Assembly: GCA_009914755.4 (NCBI GenBank)
Contig: CP068257.2
Span: 30,752,001 to 30,816,000 of the forward strand
Origin: the human T2T-CHM13v2.0 reference genome, Homo sapiens
DNA: 64,000 nucleotides
Reading direction: 5' to 3'
Position 1 is the stretch's first letter. Each line of letters begins with the position of its first letter. Below the pieces are notes generated by a model that saw only the letters and a list, made by a program, of their open reading frames with translations, ran no database searches and was not told the DNA's origin. A program made the translations under genes and the position numbers. Below are positions 31,351-48,993 of the stretch, in pieces.

Positions 31351-33991
31351 GAGGAGCCTCTCTGCCAAAGTGTACCAGGGTCCTCCCTCTCCAATTCCAG
31401 TTTCCTTCACAGAAAATAATGACTTCCTACTCTCGAATAAACTAGGAGGCTTTTCTTTTTGGGAATCGTGATCCAGGCTCTCGCAGCGGATCTCAGATAG
31501 TTCTGAGCTTACAGGTGTGACGCCCCAAAGTGAAAGGGATTTCTAGGTTGACGATAGCCATAGGAGCACATGCTTAAGTTAGCGCTGCAGTTGCTTAAGG
31601 TAACACATGTCCTTGCCGCTGAAGCACACCTGGATCTCCCTCTGGCAAGGCTGGAGGCCTTCAGCCTTCCCCAGCCCAGCTTAGGGAGCAGCTCTGAGCC
31701 CCATACTCCTCCTTCTCCAGGGATCTTCTGCCAAGTTCAGGCTTTGCACAGTCGGTCCCTATCGGGTCCTCAGTGCAGAGTCTTTTGCAACATAATGGTG
31801 GTAAAGGGAGTCCTCCTCAGTCCTGTTTGTGCAGTAGGCTAGTACATAGCAAAGAACAAGGGCAAACCAGAAGTTGAGATGGGGTTCTAGTTTACTTACA
31901 GAGAATGTCATTGTTAGTGGAGAGCCCTTAGGTCAGAGGTTCTTTGCTTTGAATATGTAATATCAAGGCAGTATTCCTACCTAGCAAAGGAAGCCAAGAT
32001 AAGGCCTATTTGGCAAGCCACCCACGGCCCTTAAAATCAAGCATCCCAGGATCAGAACTCTGTGGTAAGAGTTGTGGGGAAATGCATCAGACTTTTCAAG
32101 GGCTATTAACTTTTTTTTTTGTACTACTAGAACTTTCTTGGCTGCTAGAAAAGCTCTGTATTAGCTGATTTGAGCTATGGAAAGCAGTTCTGAGTTCAGC
32201 CACCATCTAGCTCTGAATTCTAAGGAAATAATTGAAAACTGACAAGCCTTTTTGTGTTTGTGACATCATTGCAACTGAACAAATATTGCTTTAGGCAAAT
32301 TGCAGTGTAACCATTAGATTGTTTTCACAGATTATAGACACTTAGAGTTCTGTTGCTTTAGGGAAGCAGTTGCAATACTTGTAACAGTCTATAGATTACC
32401 ACCCAAGTTTGGAATTGTCTGTATCTAGCAACTGTTACATACAGTGGAGTTGAGCTATCAACTCCTTAGTAAAATGAATGATTTGATACATGTTATTCTA
32501 AATAGTATAAATGATAAAAGGCATTTTCTTCTGCTTTCCATACGAACCTAAATTCCAGGGTTTCAAACTCCCTGAGCCAGCAGTAGGTGGTGATATTGCC
32601 ACCCACAACGAGCCCCCATTTTTCCTCTCATCAGTGATGCTCTCCAGAGATCTGAAGATTAGGCAGAACATGTCAGAAGCCTTTTGGGGAGAAGAAAGGA
32701 AATATAATGTCCTCCCAAACCACTGATGCACTTAAATTTAAACCTTAATTCTATATCATGTGAGGTCAGGGAAATATTAGAAAAATCTCAGGGAGAAAGA
32801 AAGATCATCTTCCAAAGTTGGCTCATTTGACTTGGATTTTAGCCGCCCTCCCTCTGCAAATTCCTAAGCTCCAAAGATGACCATCTTATTGTTCGGTTCA
32901 GTGTTTCAGCTGACGCGAACCCCATGTGGCCTCAAAGCTTGCCGCCTGTGTTCCTGGGACAGTCGGTCCTGTTCCTTTTTATGAACTTGAAGGAGTGCAT
33001 AGAAACCAAAACTGAGGCCTGGAAGGAGACAGTGGATCCTCCCCTGCAGAGCCTGATCACAATAACCAGGGCTAGAGAGCAGTGTTTGACAATGCAGATA
33101 GTTGCCTGTTTTTCTAAATAAAGGGAACATCAAAAACTAGCAGAGGATAGAGGAAACTTGGGATCCCTCTGCCCTGTGAAGGAGGAGGGAGGATGGTGTA
33201 TCCATGTGAAAGAAAGTGCCAGAATGTCAGGGGTCCCAGCCATTGTCTGTACAATATAGGCCCCTTTCTCCCCCCAGGAGATTAGCAGTGCAGAGTTTTG
33301 GAAAGTTCCTTAAGCCTTTCTCTTCTTTGCGGCTCTTCCTTGAGCCTTTTCCTGGGGCTGTCAGCTGGTGTCGTTTTCCTGGGTCATTGATTTTTTTTTG
33401 CCCTCAGGGATTCCAGCATCGATCTCACTCTTAATAAGCCAGAGGCAGCATCATGGCCCCCTCCTCCTCCCTGTCCATGCTCGTGACTTGTTCTAATCAC
33501 CTCCAAGCTTGCTAGTAAACAGGCTCCCCAAACACCGCCTTCTCTCTCATCTCCAAAGATTTTGAGATGTCGCCAGCGGCCACTGGAAGGCTATCATCAC
33601 TGCATTAAAAATGAATCCCAGCGAAGGCAAGAGAAGTTCATGCAAAATTAGTGCCTCTGATCCTTAATCTCATACTCAAATGTGCTTGGCTTTCATCCAC
33701 TTTCCTCTTTGGGATAGAGTTCTCTTCATTTGACTGCATTCTCAAATTGAGGATTTGGCTTGAGACGTCTAAATTCATCATTGACTTAAAAAACAAAACA
33801 AACCCCAGAAGTATAATGCTATGCCCATAGTTCTTTGTTCAGAGAACAAGACAGGGAGCTGGAGCTTGAGGATGAGTGCTGAGAGGAGGGAGGGGTGCCC
33901 TCTTGAGTAGCAGCCATAAAAAGCAAGGGATCTTCTATATTTTTGCCTTAAAGAGTGGTGTTTCAGTGTGTCTCTTGTATTTAGTTTGTGA

Positions 33992-34486
<495 letters not shown>

Positions 34487-34785
34487 TGATTGATGGGCTT
34501 CTAGGTAGAGGTGGGGAGGAAGGAAGGGAAGGAAAGGGTAGAAAGTTGTTCTAGTTCCCACTTGAATTCCTCAAGAACTCCCACCCTTGGACAAAGTAGA
34601 CATGACCAAATGTTTCCACATTTGATTTTGTCCTAGGGCACATAGTGGTGAATGTGAGAAGTAGAAGGGACAGGGGATGGGAAACAAGGAGAGTGGGGCA
34701 GTCTTTAAGGCCTTCCTTGTATCCAAATGTCCCCAGACCTCAAACAAAGGTCACTCTATAATAGAAGTGTTGTTGTTGTTTTTTA

Positions 34786-34948
34786 ATGGAGTCATGCTCT
34801 GCTGCCCAGGCCCGAGTGCAGTGGCTATTTGCAGGTGCAGTTATAGTGCACTGCAGCCTCAAACTCATGGCCTTAACCGATCCTCCTCCCTTAGCCTCCT
34901 GAGTAGCTAGGATTACAGGTGTGCACCACCCCACCTGGCCTGGGCCAG
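34786..34948 (-). mobile_element. Old Alu/FLAM fragment, minus orientation
   Basis: ggagtcatgctctgctgcccaggcccgagtgcagtggc...cctcccttagcctcctgagtagctaggattacaggtgtgcaccaccccacctggcc. Confidence 0.75.
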
Positions 34949-36334
34949 TGTTCCAGTCCCTGCCATTGGTAGCCCAAGTGAGCATTAAGTGGTACTTGGT
35001 ACCAGATTGTATTAATTTGCTAGGGCTGCCATAACAGTGTACTACAGACTGGGTGGCTTACACAAGGAACATTTATTTTATCACAGTTCTGGAGGCTAGA
35101 AGTTCAAGATCAAGGTCTTGGCAGAGTTGATTTCTTGTGAGGCCTGTCTCCTTGGCTTGTAAATGGCATCTCCCTGCTGTATCTTCACATGGTCTTCCCT
35201 CCATGTGTGTCTGTGTCCTAACCTCCTCTTCTTACAAGGATATCAGTCATATTGGACTAGACTCCTTCAAATGATCTCATTTTCATGTAGTCACCTATTT
35301 AAAGGCCCTGTCTCCAAATACTATCATAGTCTGAAGTGCTAGAGATTAGACTCCAATGTTTGAATTTTAGTGGGATGCAGTTCAGCCAAAACTTAGATCA
35401 TTTGCAGCCCAATAAATAAACCTGACTGATAGCTCTTTATTTCACTGGCCAGGAATTCCAGGGTATAGAAATATGGTAATTCAATTGATCCCGGGGGCCT
35501 TGAGGTGGGAACTCAGTATTGATGGACACAGTTGTTCATTTTGGAGAGGTTGAACCCTGTTATTTGCTTTCAGATAAGCATTGGGTCTCAGTCCTGGCAG
35601 CACAATAAAATCTCCTGGGGAGACTAAAAAAATATCTATGGACATTCAGGCTGCACCCCAAGACTTCTGATGTAATTGGCCCTGGGAGAGCCAGTCACTG
35701 ATCTCTTTTTGAAAGCTCCCCAGGCAATTCTAATATGCAGCTAGAGTTGAGGACACCTCTGGAGTTCAGAGGGGAGGGTGACCTTCTGCCCATGCATCAG
35801 GTCATCCAAGGGCACAGAGTGTGGCTGGGTGTCCCCTTCACCCCCTACCCTAGGGCTCATCACCAGGGAGACCAGGACTGTATTTCCCCAGCATATCAGC
35901 ACCTCGCAACACAGACACCTGTGCATGCACAGCCATGCAAACACACGCATGCACACACCCTTCCCTCTGCATTTCATGATGCCTCAGTCACATCATCCTT
36001 TTTATTCAAGATTTATCTTTACTTTAAAAAAATTTATGGAGTGAAAAGCCAGCTCGTAACTAAAGAAAAACAAACCAAATGTCCGAAGGAGTTGTCTAGA
36101 GGCCACAGAAGAAGAGAGATGAATAGCCAGTGTCTGAATCTGCTCATCTGTTTCCATGGAAAGTGACTACATCTGAAAAGTTTTCTGCCGGCTCTTTTTA
36201 TGGCAGAGAAGAGTCTCGGCCCACAAGTGGTCCCTGTTATTGATGGCTTTGGTCTCCCAGGTGCTTTATTGGAAAGGGGAGCCTAGCAGCAGTTTCAGGG
36301 AAGAAACAGAAAGGAAGAGGGTAAAAGTTAATTG

Positions 36335-36490
36335 AACTCAGTTTTATCTGATTTCATCCTCGTAGCAACTCTGTGAGATCAGGACCAGTCTCATTTGCAG
36401 ATGAGAACTCAGCCTCAGAGAGGGTAACAAAGTTGCCCAAGACCACCCAGCTAGGGAGCAGAGCTGAGGCAGGCTCCAGCACCAGGGCTG
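36335..36490 (-). mobile_element. MIR SINE fragment
   Basis: gatgagaactcagcctcagagagggtaacaaagttgcccaagaccacccagctagggagcagagctgaggcaggctccagcacc = antisense of the MIR 3' region. Confidence 0.45.
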
Positions 36491-37216
36491 GCCAGAGTAC
36501 AGGGATGGGGCCAGGCTGGGGACTTCGCCTGCAAGGGTGTTGGGGGTAGGGAGGAGCAAGGCCAGAAAAAAAAGTACCACAATTTGCCTAACCTTTCTTG
36601 AAAGTTCATGGGGTCATTGCTGCCATTTTGGTTACCTTCTGAATAGACTGACCTTTTCCTACCCTCCCATCAGCATCATTTCATCACAGTCCTTCCAAAG
36701 TGGGTGCACTCACAAAGTGGTCCAGTGGGGTAGGAAAAACATGTCAGAACTTCTGTTCTTGCCTATTGGTTTTTCCATCTTAATAAAAAAAGGAGTTAAG
36801 TTTTGCTTATAATTAACATATAAATTGACAGAACAACATGTAATTTATAAATAAGTGTGCATATATTGGAGATGTGTTCTCAAAATGTTTCTGTTCATAA
36901 TGTTTTTTATAATTGTTTCTGCCAGTAATAATAATTATTTTTTAAAACTTTTATTTTAGGTTTGGGGGTGCATGGGAAGGTTTGTTGCGTAGATGAGTTC
37001 ATGAGTTAAAAAAATTTGGAGGTCACTGATCTTCACAGCCATCCTGTTGGCTTAATATCTTTAAAATTCTTAGTGAGGCACCACTTTGAGGGTAATGTAC
37101 TATGAGAGAACAATTGCTCCCTCGTTACCCACCCCTATTGCCTGACTTGCGTACTGCTCTCCCCAGCTCCACAGCTGCTAATAAAATTTAGAAGCAGGAT
37201 TTGAACCCAGTACCTA

Positions 37217-37948
<732 letters not shown>

Positions 37949-37963
37949 TTAAAAATACTTTTA

Positions 37964-38504
<541 letters not shown>

Positions 38505-39594
38505 TAAAAATAATTTATTAAGCACATAAAGCACTCTATGCCAGACACTGTTCAAAGAACTTCATGTTAACTCATTTAATCCTCCCAGTTGTAGCTATAA
38601 AGGAGATGCTAGTATAAAAAGTTCAAGAAACTGAGGCAAAGAGCAATTTAGTAACTTTTGGGGATTTGAATCCAGGTAGCCTTTCTAATACCAAGGGAAT
38701 AAAACAAAATAAATTACATGCAGTTTAAAGCAGTGGCACTTCTGTCATGTTTATCTCTTCATTTCCTAGAGCCAAATCTTTCCCAGGACTTACATAAGTA
38801 ATGTCCATTCCTTGTCCTGTTTAAAGATAGTACCATCTAGCCTCAAAGAACTGATTATAGAATTGGGTCTGTAATTTGTTTCTGGAAATTGGTGTTCTGA
38901 AACTATTTCCCCAACAAAACACCTAGAAATGCTGAATAAAATATAAGAAAAATCTTTTAATGTATAAATGAGTGGTGAGTGGTTAAATATAAAGAATATC
39001 CAGGAAACAAAAATGAAGAGAGAATAGAGAACTAGGGATGATAGCTGGTGCTAACCCTATGGCTACGTTGGAGTTGCTTGATGGTCTTGACAACGAAGAT
39101 TTAACAGGTGCCTGAGCGCAGGCGATAAGGAGTGAGACCACTGTATAGTGAGGAATTAGAATAAAGACCTCTATATAAAGCCAGGACTTTGAAAACCTAA
39201 ACCTTCATTAAAAGGTGGATGTAAAACAAATCAGCCTTCTTGTAAAGAAAGATGACAAGGAAACTTGTCATAGCCTAGGTTCAGGATTGGAGAAAAAAAT
39301 AATGTCTCTTGAGATGGTGTAATCAAAATTCTGCCTTTTGGAGAGTCTGGGTTTTGAATTCATATTACCTTTACTGGGAAACCCAAGTTGAGAAACTAAT
39401 AAAGTTGTCCCATGATACCTGGCAAAAACAAACACACAGATACTGCCTTCATGGGAATATCATCAATATAGGCCCATCTATAGATTCCTATAGCTAAAAT
39501 GCTGCTGATTATGATCACACAATTCAAAATTACATTATATGAGCAGTAGTCAGCAGCAATGACACGGTTCTTAAGTAATAAAAGAGAGAATCTA

Positions 39595-39958
<364 letters not shown>

Positions 39959-40631
39959 CTATCGAGAAAAAACAGGTGTATTTGTAAAAGAATCAAAGAT
40001 ATCTACTAACATGAAAAATATATTCATTGACATGAAAAGCCTGACGGGTAGGTTGAAGAGCAGATTAGGTATAGCTGAAGAGAGAAACAGTGAGGTGGAA
40101 AAAAAAGCTGGAGAAATTATCCGGAATGAAGCAAAACAGGTAAACATATGGAAAACATGGAAGAAAAGTCATAAGACATGGAGGATGGAATGATGGTTGA
40201 ATATACATCTGATCAGTATTCCAGAAAAAGAAAGTAGGGAAAAGGAGAGAGAGGCAACACTCAAAGTGATGGTGTCCTAGGATTAATTTTTAAGGATTGA
40301 TGAAAGATTCAGAGTTAAGCATTCCAAGGAAGATAAATAAAATAAATTTATACCTGAATGTGTCATACTGAAACTGTAAAATACTAAAGACAAAGTGACA
40401 GTCTTAAAAGCAATCAGATAGTAAAGGAAATGTTATCTATAAAGTCTTTGCTACAAAAACAGTGGGAGCCATAGACAGCGAAATAATATTTTCCAGGTTC
40501 TGAGAAACAAACAAACAAAAAACAACCATCAGTCCTGAATTATATACCCAGCTTAACTGCTTTTCAAGAGTGTGTGAAGGAAAGACAAATTTACCGCTAA
40601 TGAATCTTTACTAAAAGAACTATTAAAGGGG

Positions 40632-41127
<496 letters not shown>

Positions 41128-42661
41128 TCAAGGCTCCTCCACAGGTGAGCCTCAGTTTCATGGTGACCACACACTAGAAATTCTGTAGGGAAGAATGGGA
41201 AACAGTCTAAAGCCTCTCAGGTACCAGATGCTGTGCTAGATATGGTACAACCTACTCCAAAAAATCATTCCTTCCCTGGGGAAGCTTGCTTCTTAGTGGG
41301 TTCATGGACACACACATTACAGAGGAGTTTGAGGGATGAGCAATCGATTTGGCAGGTCACATTCTCCAAAAACTAGTAAGCAAACCACAGAGCTTGGAAC
41401 TGAGTGTTTGGAAGTATGTTCACAGACCTACTAGATGACTCTGGCTATGCATAGATTTTACATTTCCTTACATGAATTTCTCACCCTTATGTTCTCTCCG
41501 ACACCTGTATCATTTGCTCACTCAAGCCTCTGGAAATGAATTTCTCCTGCACTAACAAGTTAGAGAATGAAATGATGCTTGGATGAAGTGATGCTTAGGG
41601 TTTGTTTCAATCTGAGAGCCAAGTTTTCCACACGCAGAAAACCAGGCAACATTAAAATTCAAAACTCAGGCCACGGAGTCTGAAATGTATGTTTGTGAAC
41701 AGTCTGATTTCATGTCTGCCTCTGATGCCCTGTGAATACAAATCACCTCATCTGGGGCTGGAGGAGCAGAGAGGAAGAAACCTAAGAATGATCTCCAAAA
41801 CAAATCTTTAATTCGGATGAGTATAATAGAGTGTAATCCCATTTCAAGTCTGTCAGCATTCCTTTGATGATTACAAATGAGTCCCTTTTCCCCTGCAATG
41901 TGGGGGAATAATCTGGATAAAATAATCCTTTTTGTCTGCAAAGGCCCATGCGATGCGTACTCGTGACAGCTTTCAGAGTAGTGTTTCAGAGTCTGAGAGA
42001 AGAGCACACTGTCCTACCAAGTCATCTCCTTTCTTTCTCTTGACTTAGAAGATTTTTCACTCTTTTCATGTTCAGTGGCTTCCGAAATTCTCAGGCTTAG
42101 AAATCATAAATCATTGTACTGTACTGAGGAACAAGAGAAACCCAGGTCACCAGCTCCTTTTCCCTCCCTGCCTGCTCAACAGGAGATGACAGGTGGAAAT
42201 GGGAATGTATGATCTTATCTAGAAGGCCAATTTGTACAGCTTTGGAGGGATATACTTGAAGAAATTCACATAATTTTACAGTCTCTTTTTCATTAAAAAA
42301 AATGTACACTGAACCCAAGTTCAGGCTTACATGCCTCCCTTTGTCAATTTCCTTGTAAAATTAAGGGATAGTCATTTTAAACACTTCATTCTATTATCTG
42401 AAACCTGAATGCCAGAACGCTCCTTCCAAAGCTAATGATGCAAAATGTTTTGTGGACAGGCCACCCTGGACACAAAGACTCAGAATGAAAAGAGGTCTTG
42501 AGAACCCCAGTGCTGTGGTCCCGCTCTGTGGAACTGGTCACGGCAGGCTGTGGAGAACCACACAGAGCAGATCTTGTGGTCTTGCTTGTTCCACTTTCAA
42601 GTACAAAGGTCCCTCTCATCTGATTTCCGTATTTTTTTTATTTTAAGTTAGAATGTCCCAA

Positions 42662-43327
<666 letters not shown>

Positions 43328-45274
43328 GGATTATTTTTTATTAGTGTTAGAGCTCTCAAAAACCATAAACTAAGGCTTTGAGGCAAAAGGTCTTTTCTTG
43401 TCTCAGATTTCTGTGTCTCTCCCTGGCTATTCAAGTCAAGGCAGGTTATTTGGGTTTGTCAACATTTGCCAAAAATGCTATATGCTCTTTACAGGGGACG
43501 GCGATCTTTACCCAGTGAACATTTTGCTTTTCCTGATATTTAGTTGAAACCAGTGATTCTCAGTCCAAGAGTGATTTTGTCCCTTGGGAATATCTGGCAA
43601 TCTCTGGAGGCAATTTTCTTTGTCACAGCCTCTTAGTGAGTAGAAGCCAGGGACACCGCTAAACATCTGACACTGTCCAGGACAGCGCCCCCACAGCAAA
43701 GAATCATGCAGTCCTTGTGCTAAGGTTGAGGAACCCTGGGCTAGACCAGCAGATTTGTCCTTGTTTTATTTTCCACACTTTTAGAACCTGAAAAAAGTGA
43801 ACACTTTTTTTTTTTTAAATCAGAGTTGAGTCTGGAGTCCCTAGACAGCTCTGAAAGACTCTCTTCTCCAAATCTAGCTTGCCTTCTGCAGCCCGAAGGA
43901 GGTCTTCAGTTCCATAAAGCCAAAGAAATGAAAATCCACTGGCTGCTGTGCTTCTCCACCCTCTCTAGCCCAGTGGGGTTTTAGTCAGAATTTTTCCCCC
44001 TTCCTTTCCTCCAAGGACCTTGTGTATGTGTTTGGCCCTTTTGCCTTCATCTCAAGCTAGACTCTTGGCCATCATTAACGTCAAAGTGAAATATTGCTCT
44101 GGAGAGGTGTTCAGACTTGAAGTCACTTGCTCACTTGACGTGCGAGGATGTGTTTGCAACACATCTCAATTATTTCAAAATCTCAGTGAAATGGTTGCAT
44201 GATGGGGGGTGGATAATTTGATTTGAACATGAAAAAGGAAGGAGAAAGTCACGAAGATAGTGCAGAGATTTTTTTTTTTTGGCATCTCCCACTGCCTCCC
44301 CGACTTTCCTCCTTCCCTGTGTTCCTGCTCTCATTCCCCCTACCTCTCTCTCTCCAACCCCTGCCACCCCACCAGCCTCCATGCACTCACATACAGACAG
44401 CTTGGGTGTTACTTTGTGAACAGTGCATTCAGCAGTCTGTGCTGCTGTTATACACTTATCAAGATACGCTGGAGTTTGTGTGGTCATGGGGCTGAGCATC
44501 GTTTTACAGCCCACATCGAGAAGGAGGAGTCGACGGACTCCTCTGAAATGGTAACTACCATCCCTGCCCAGAGGCCTCAAGACTGCAGAGCAGCTTCCAC
44601 TTTCTGAGCATGCCTCCCTCCATCACCCCTTCAGACAAGTCACAACTCTACTTAAAATATTTTTTTCCTTCTGCCAAACACAGGGAAAATATAGTATTGT
44701 TTCCAAGAGAGCGAGCAGGGGCACCAGCAGGAATGGGTGTGCAGTATTTGTACAGTTTTGTGACTCAGTCCATCTGAATTTCCAAGCATTTTAAGAGCTT
44801 TGTCCCAAAAAAAGGTCTATTGTGTGGCTCTTGGCACTGAAGAAAATAGCAGGCCTGTCAGAACTCTGTTTCAGATTTAATTTTCAAGTGGGTGATGTAC
44901 GAATGCTGTCCAACGGGAGGGCATTTTCTCATTCCTGCTCACTTTGGTGCCATAGAACTTCAGTTTTCAGAATCAGCTCAGATTAAAAAACTGAAGCATC
45001 TTTTCCCTGGACACCCTTTTAATAAAAAGGCACCATGTTCTTAAGCAAGGATTACTGTGGCTCTTAAATGAATATGGCTTCCTGCAATAAAAGTAAAAAC
45101 ATTTGACGATGTATATAATACATTTGTTTTTTCAGAGCATCTTCTTGCAAGACTTTACTATTCTTTGTTTCTATATAGTTTGGAAACGCAGGCCTAAAGA
45201 CATTATTGATCTTCTCAAATGCCTCTTGAATGGAGTATTTACCGCTGGGTATAGACAGTGTTAAAAATAGGCAG

Positions 45275-45717
<443 letters not shown>

Positions 45718-46876
45718 GAAAGGCAGGAAAAACTTGTTTTTGAAGTTTCTCTTTTCCTAGTTGTTTTCTTCCCTGGACCTTAAACAGTGGACAGTGACTT
45801 TTCTCATTACATGTATACTTTATGTAGAGTGCACAGTTTGTCCTCCATGTCCCTTGTCTTCTCTTGTTGATAAAGATTGTGTACTATATATTTTTAAAAA
45901 AGAACTGAAGCATCGTATCTGACCCCTGGATCCCTCTGAACTGTGAATAGATGATAAACTTCTGGGCTCAGAAATTTTCCCATAATGTTGCCAAGCATTA
46001 GTCCAGCGTGGAGGCGACTTTCTGCTCAAACCACTCATTTGGGTCCCGCGCCCAACGTCACCCATCCTCAGCAAAACAACCTTTATTTCCTTCTTCCTGG
46101 TTTCCAGAAAGTTCCCTTAAAGCCCTGAGGAATCACCGAATGAAAGGGGCTTTTTACAAACAGGAAGCTTAAGTGGAGTGCCAGTACACAACATGGATTG
46201 CACCAGGCTGGGTCTAAGATAAAACCAGACTGTGGACAACGGGACAGATAAGGCCCACATGGCTCTGCACTGCCTCGGTCTGTTACTGTGTGGAGGAATG
46301 TCTTAGTCTGTTGCTCCTGTGGGTGTAGCTAAAACACGAACCAGGAGCCTTCATCCTTAGAAAGGAGTCAGACAGACACCTGAGAACCAATCCCAAACTG
46401 CACCCTTCCCCTGAACCTCGTGGAACCTTCTGGAATGCAACTTATTACTGCCAGAGGGTCTTTGATGAGAGTCTACTCTCCACTATTTGTCTTCATTACC
46501 CACATATTCTCTTTCCGTGGAAAGGTAAGTTATTAGAGTTTATGCAGTCTGGTATATTAACTGAGAGCTTTACTTTAAAGAATGTCATGTTTACGATTCA
46601 GTCTCACAGACTGGGTTAAAAAGGCAGTGTTGACTATTAAGTTGTAAATTACTATAATGATCATTATTATTATTCAAGCAAGCTGTGAGGAATGAGCATT
46701 ATCTCACAATATCTGCATTTTAGTGAACCTGAGGGAAGAGTGTATTTGCTGGAATTACAGAAGCCTGAGAACCACAGGGGAATTCTCACTGCAGGGCATT
46801 CAGGGTCCAAGGCTGATTCTATTTTGCATGCTCAATCCTTCCTCAATTTATTTTTATTTATTTATTTATTTATTTT

Positions 46877-47172
46877 TTGAGACAGGGTCTCGCTCTGTCG
46901 CCCAGAGCGAGATTGTCGCCTTGGTGCAATCTCAGCTCACTGCAACCTCGCCTCCCGGGTTTAAGTGATTCTCCTTCACTTAACCTTCACTTAACCCAGC
47001 CTCCCAAGTAGCTGGGATTTCAGGCACCCACCACAAAGCACAGCTAATTTTTGTATTTTTAGTATAGACGGGATTTCACCATGTTGGCTAGGCAGGTCTT
47101 GAACTCCTGACCTCAGGTAATCCTCCTGCCTCGGCCTCCCAAAGTGCTGGGATTTCAGGCGTGAGCCACCGT
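46877..47172 (-). mobile_element. Alu A of a tandem pair (minus orientation), flanked by CCTCAATTT(T)ATTTT
   Basis: ...gagacagggtctcgctctgtcgcccagagcgagattgtcgcc...gctaggcaggtcttgaactcctgacctcaggtaatcctcctgcc...ggcgtgagccaccgtgcctggcc. Confidence 0.9.
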
Positions 47173-47206
47173 GCCTGGCCCTCAATTTTATTTTTCTATT
47201 TATTTA

Positions 47207-47490
47207 TTTAGAGATGGATTTTTGCTCTTGTCCCCCAGGCTGGAGTGCAGTGGTGTGATCTCGGCTCACTGCTACTTCTGCCTCCAGGATTCAAGTGATT
47301 CTCCTGCCTCAGCCTCCTGAGTAGCTGGGATTATAGTCACGCACCCCTACACCCAGCTAATTTTTGTATTTTTAGTAGAGACAGGGTTTCACCATGTTGG
47401 CCAGGCAGGTCTCAAACTCCTGACCTCAGGTAATTCACCTGCCTCGGCCTCCCAAAATGCTGAGATTACAGGTATGAGTCACTACACCTG
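47207..47490 (-). mobile_element. Alu B of the tandem pair. It shares the private variants GGCAGGTCT and CCTCAGGTAAT with Alu A and the same flank motif.
   Basis: ...gagatggatttttgctcttgtcccccaggctggagtgcagtggtgtgatctcggctcactgc...gccaggcaggtctcaaactcctgacctcaggtaattcacctgcc...cactacacctggcc|cctcaatttaatttta. Confidence 0.9.
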
Positions 47491-48315
47491 GCCCCTCAAT
47501 TTAATTTTAATAAAATTATCAGGGAAATAAGCCACAAAAGGACAATGTGCAGACTTTAGAACAGAGCTGTCCAATAGAAATATAATGTAATCCACATGTG
47601 TAATATTAAATAATTTAGTCACCACATTAGAAAAAGTAAAAGGGGTGAAATGAATTCTCCTAGTAAATTTATTTAACCAATATATTCAAAATATTATTAT
47701 TTCAACATTAATGAATACTTAAAAATTCTTAATGAGATATTTTATGTTCTCTTTTTTTTGCTTATGAAGGCTTGGAAATCTAGTGTATATTTTACACTAA
47801 CAGCATATCTCCATTGAGATGGCCACATCTCAAATGCCCAGTAGCCATGTGTGGCCTGAGGCCACGACTCTGGGCAGTACAGCTTTAGGTGAGACTAGGG
47901 CAGGGCAGAGGGGGGCACCTGGGATCAGGCGTGGAGCTTGGGTCCTTGTTTAGCACCCTTTGGTGAGGGCACTTTCTTTCCATAAAACCCAGGTCAAGCA
48001 TGCCTCACAAAGGGGCCAGTGGAGGTGCCTCAGTTTACATGGGAGCTTGGCCTCTCCAGCTTGCCTTCTTACTGCCTGGAAGAAGATTGGTGCCCTCTCG
48101 CCTTCTCTAGCCCCTTTCCCAAGAACCCTCCCAGAATTTAGTCCTGTGAAGGGCCAGGGGTGCAAGGAGTCACCCACACAATGACAGGACCCGCCAGCAA
48201 TACCAGAAGTTGGCCAGCCCTACTCATCCAAATTCCTTTCTGCAGCTGGACATCACAAGGGTTTCAGACTGCCATCCTGTGGCAACTCCATTTTGGGGTC
48301 CGGGGATGTAAGGGT

Positions 48316-48993
<678 letters not shown>

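Noticed and set aside
44170-44607. Overlapping 136-aa (minus) and 115-aa (plus) ORFs
   Set aside because: They lie in a pyrimidine-rich low-complexity stretch (ctcccactgcctccccgactttcctccttccc...) that cannot encode stops on either strand. Only the short CpG-retaining block at 44430-44546 is flagged, as a low-confidence finding.
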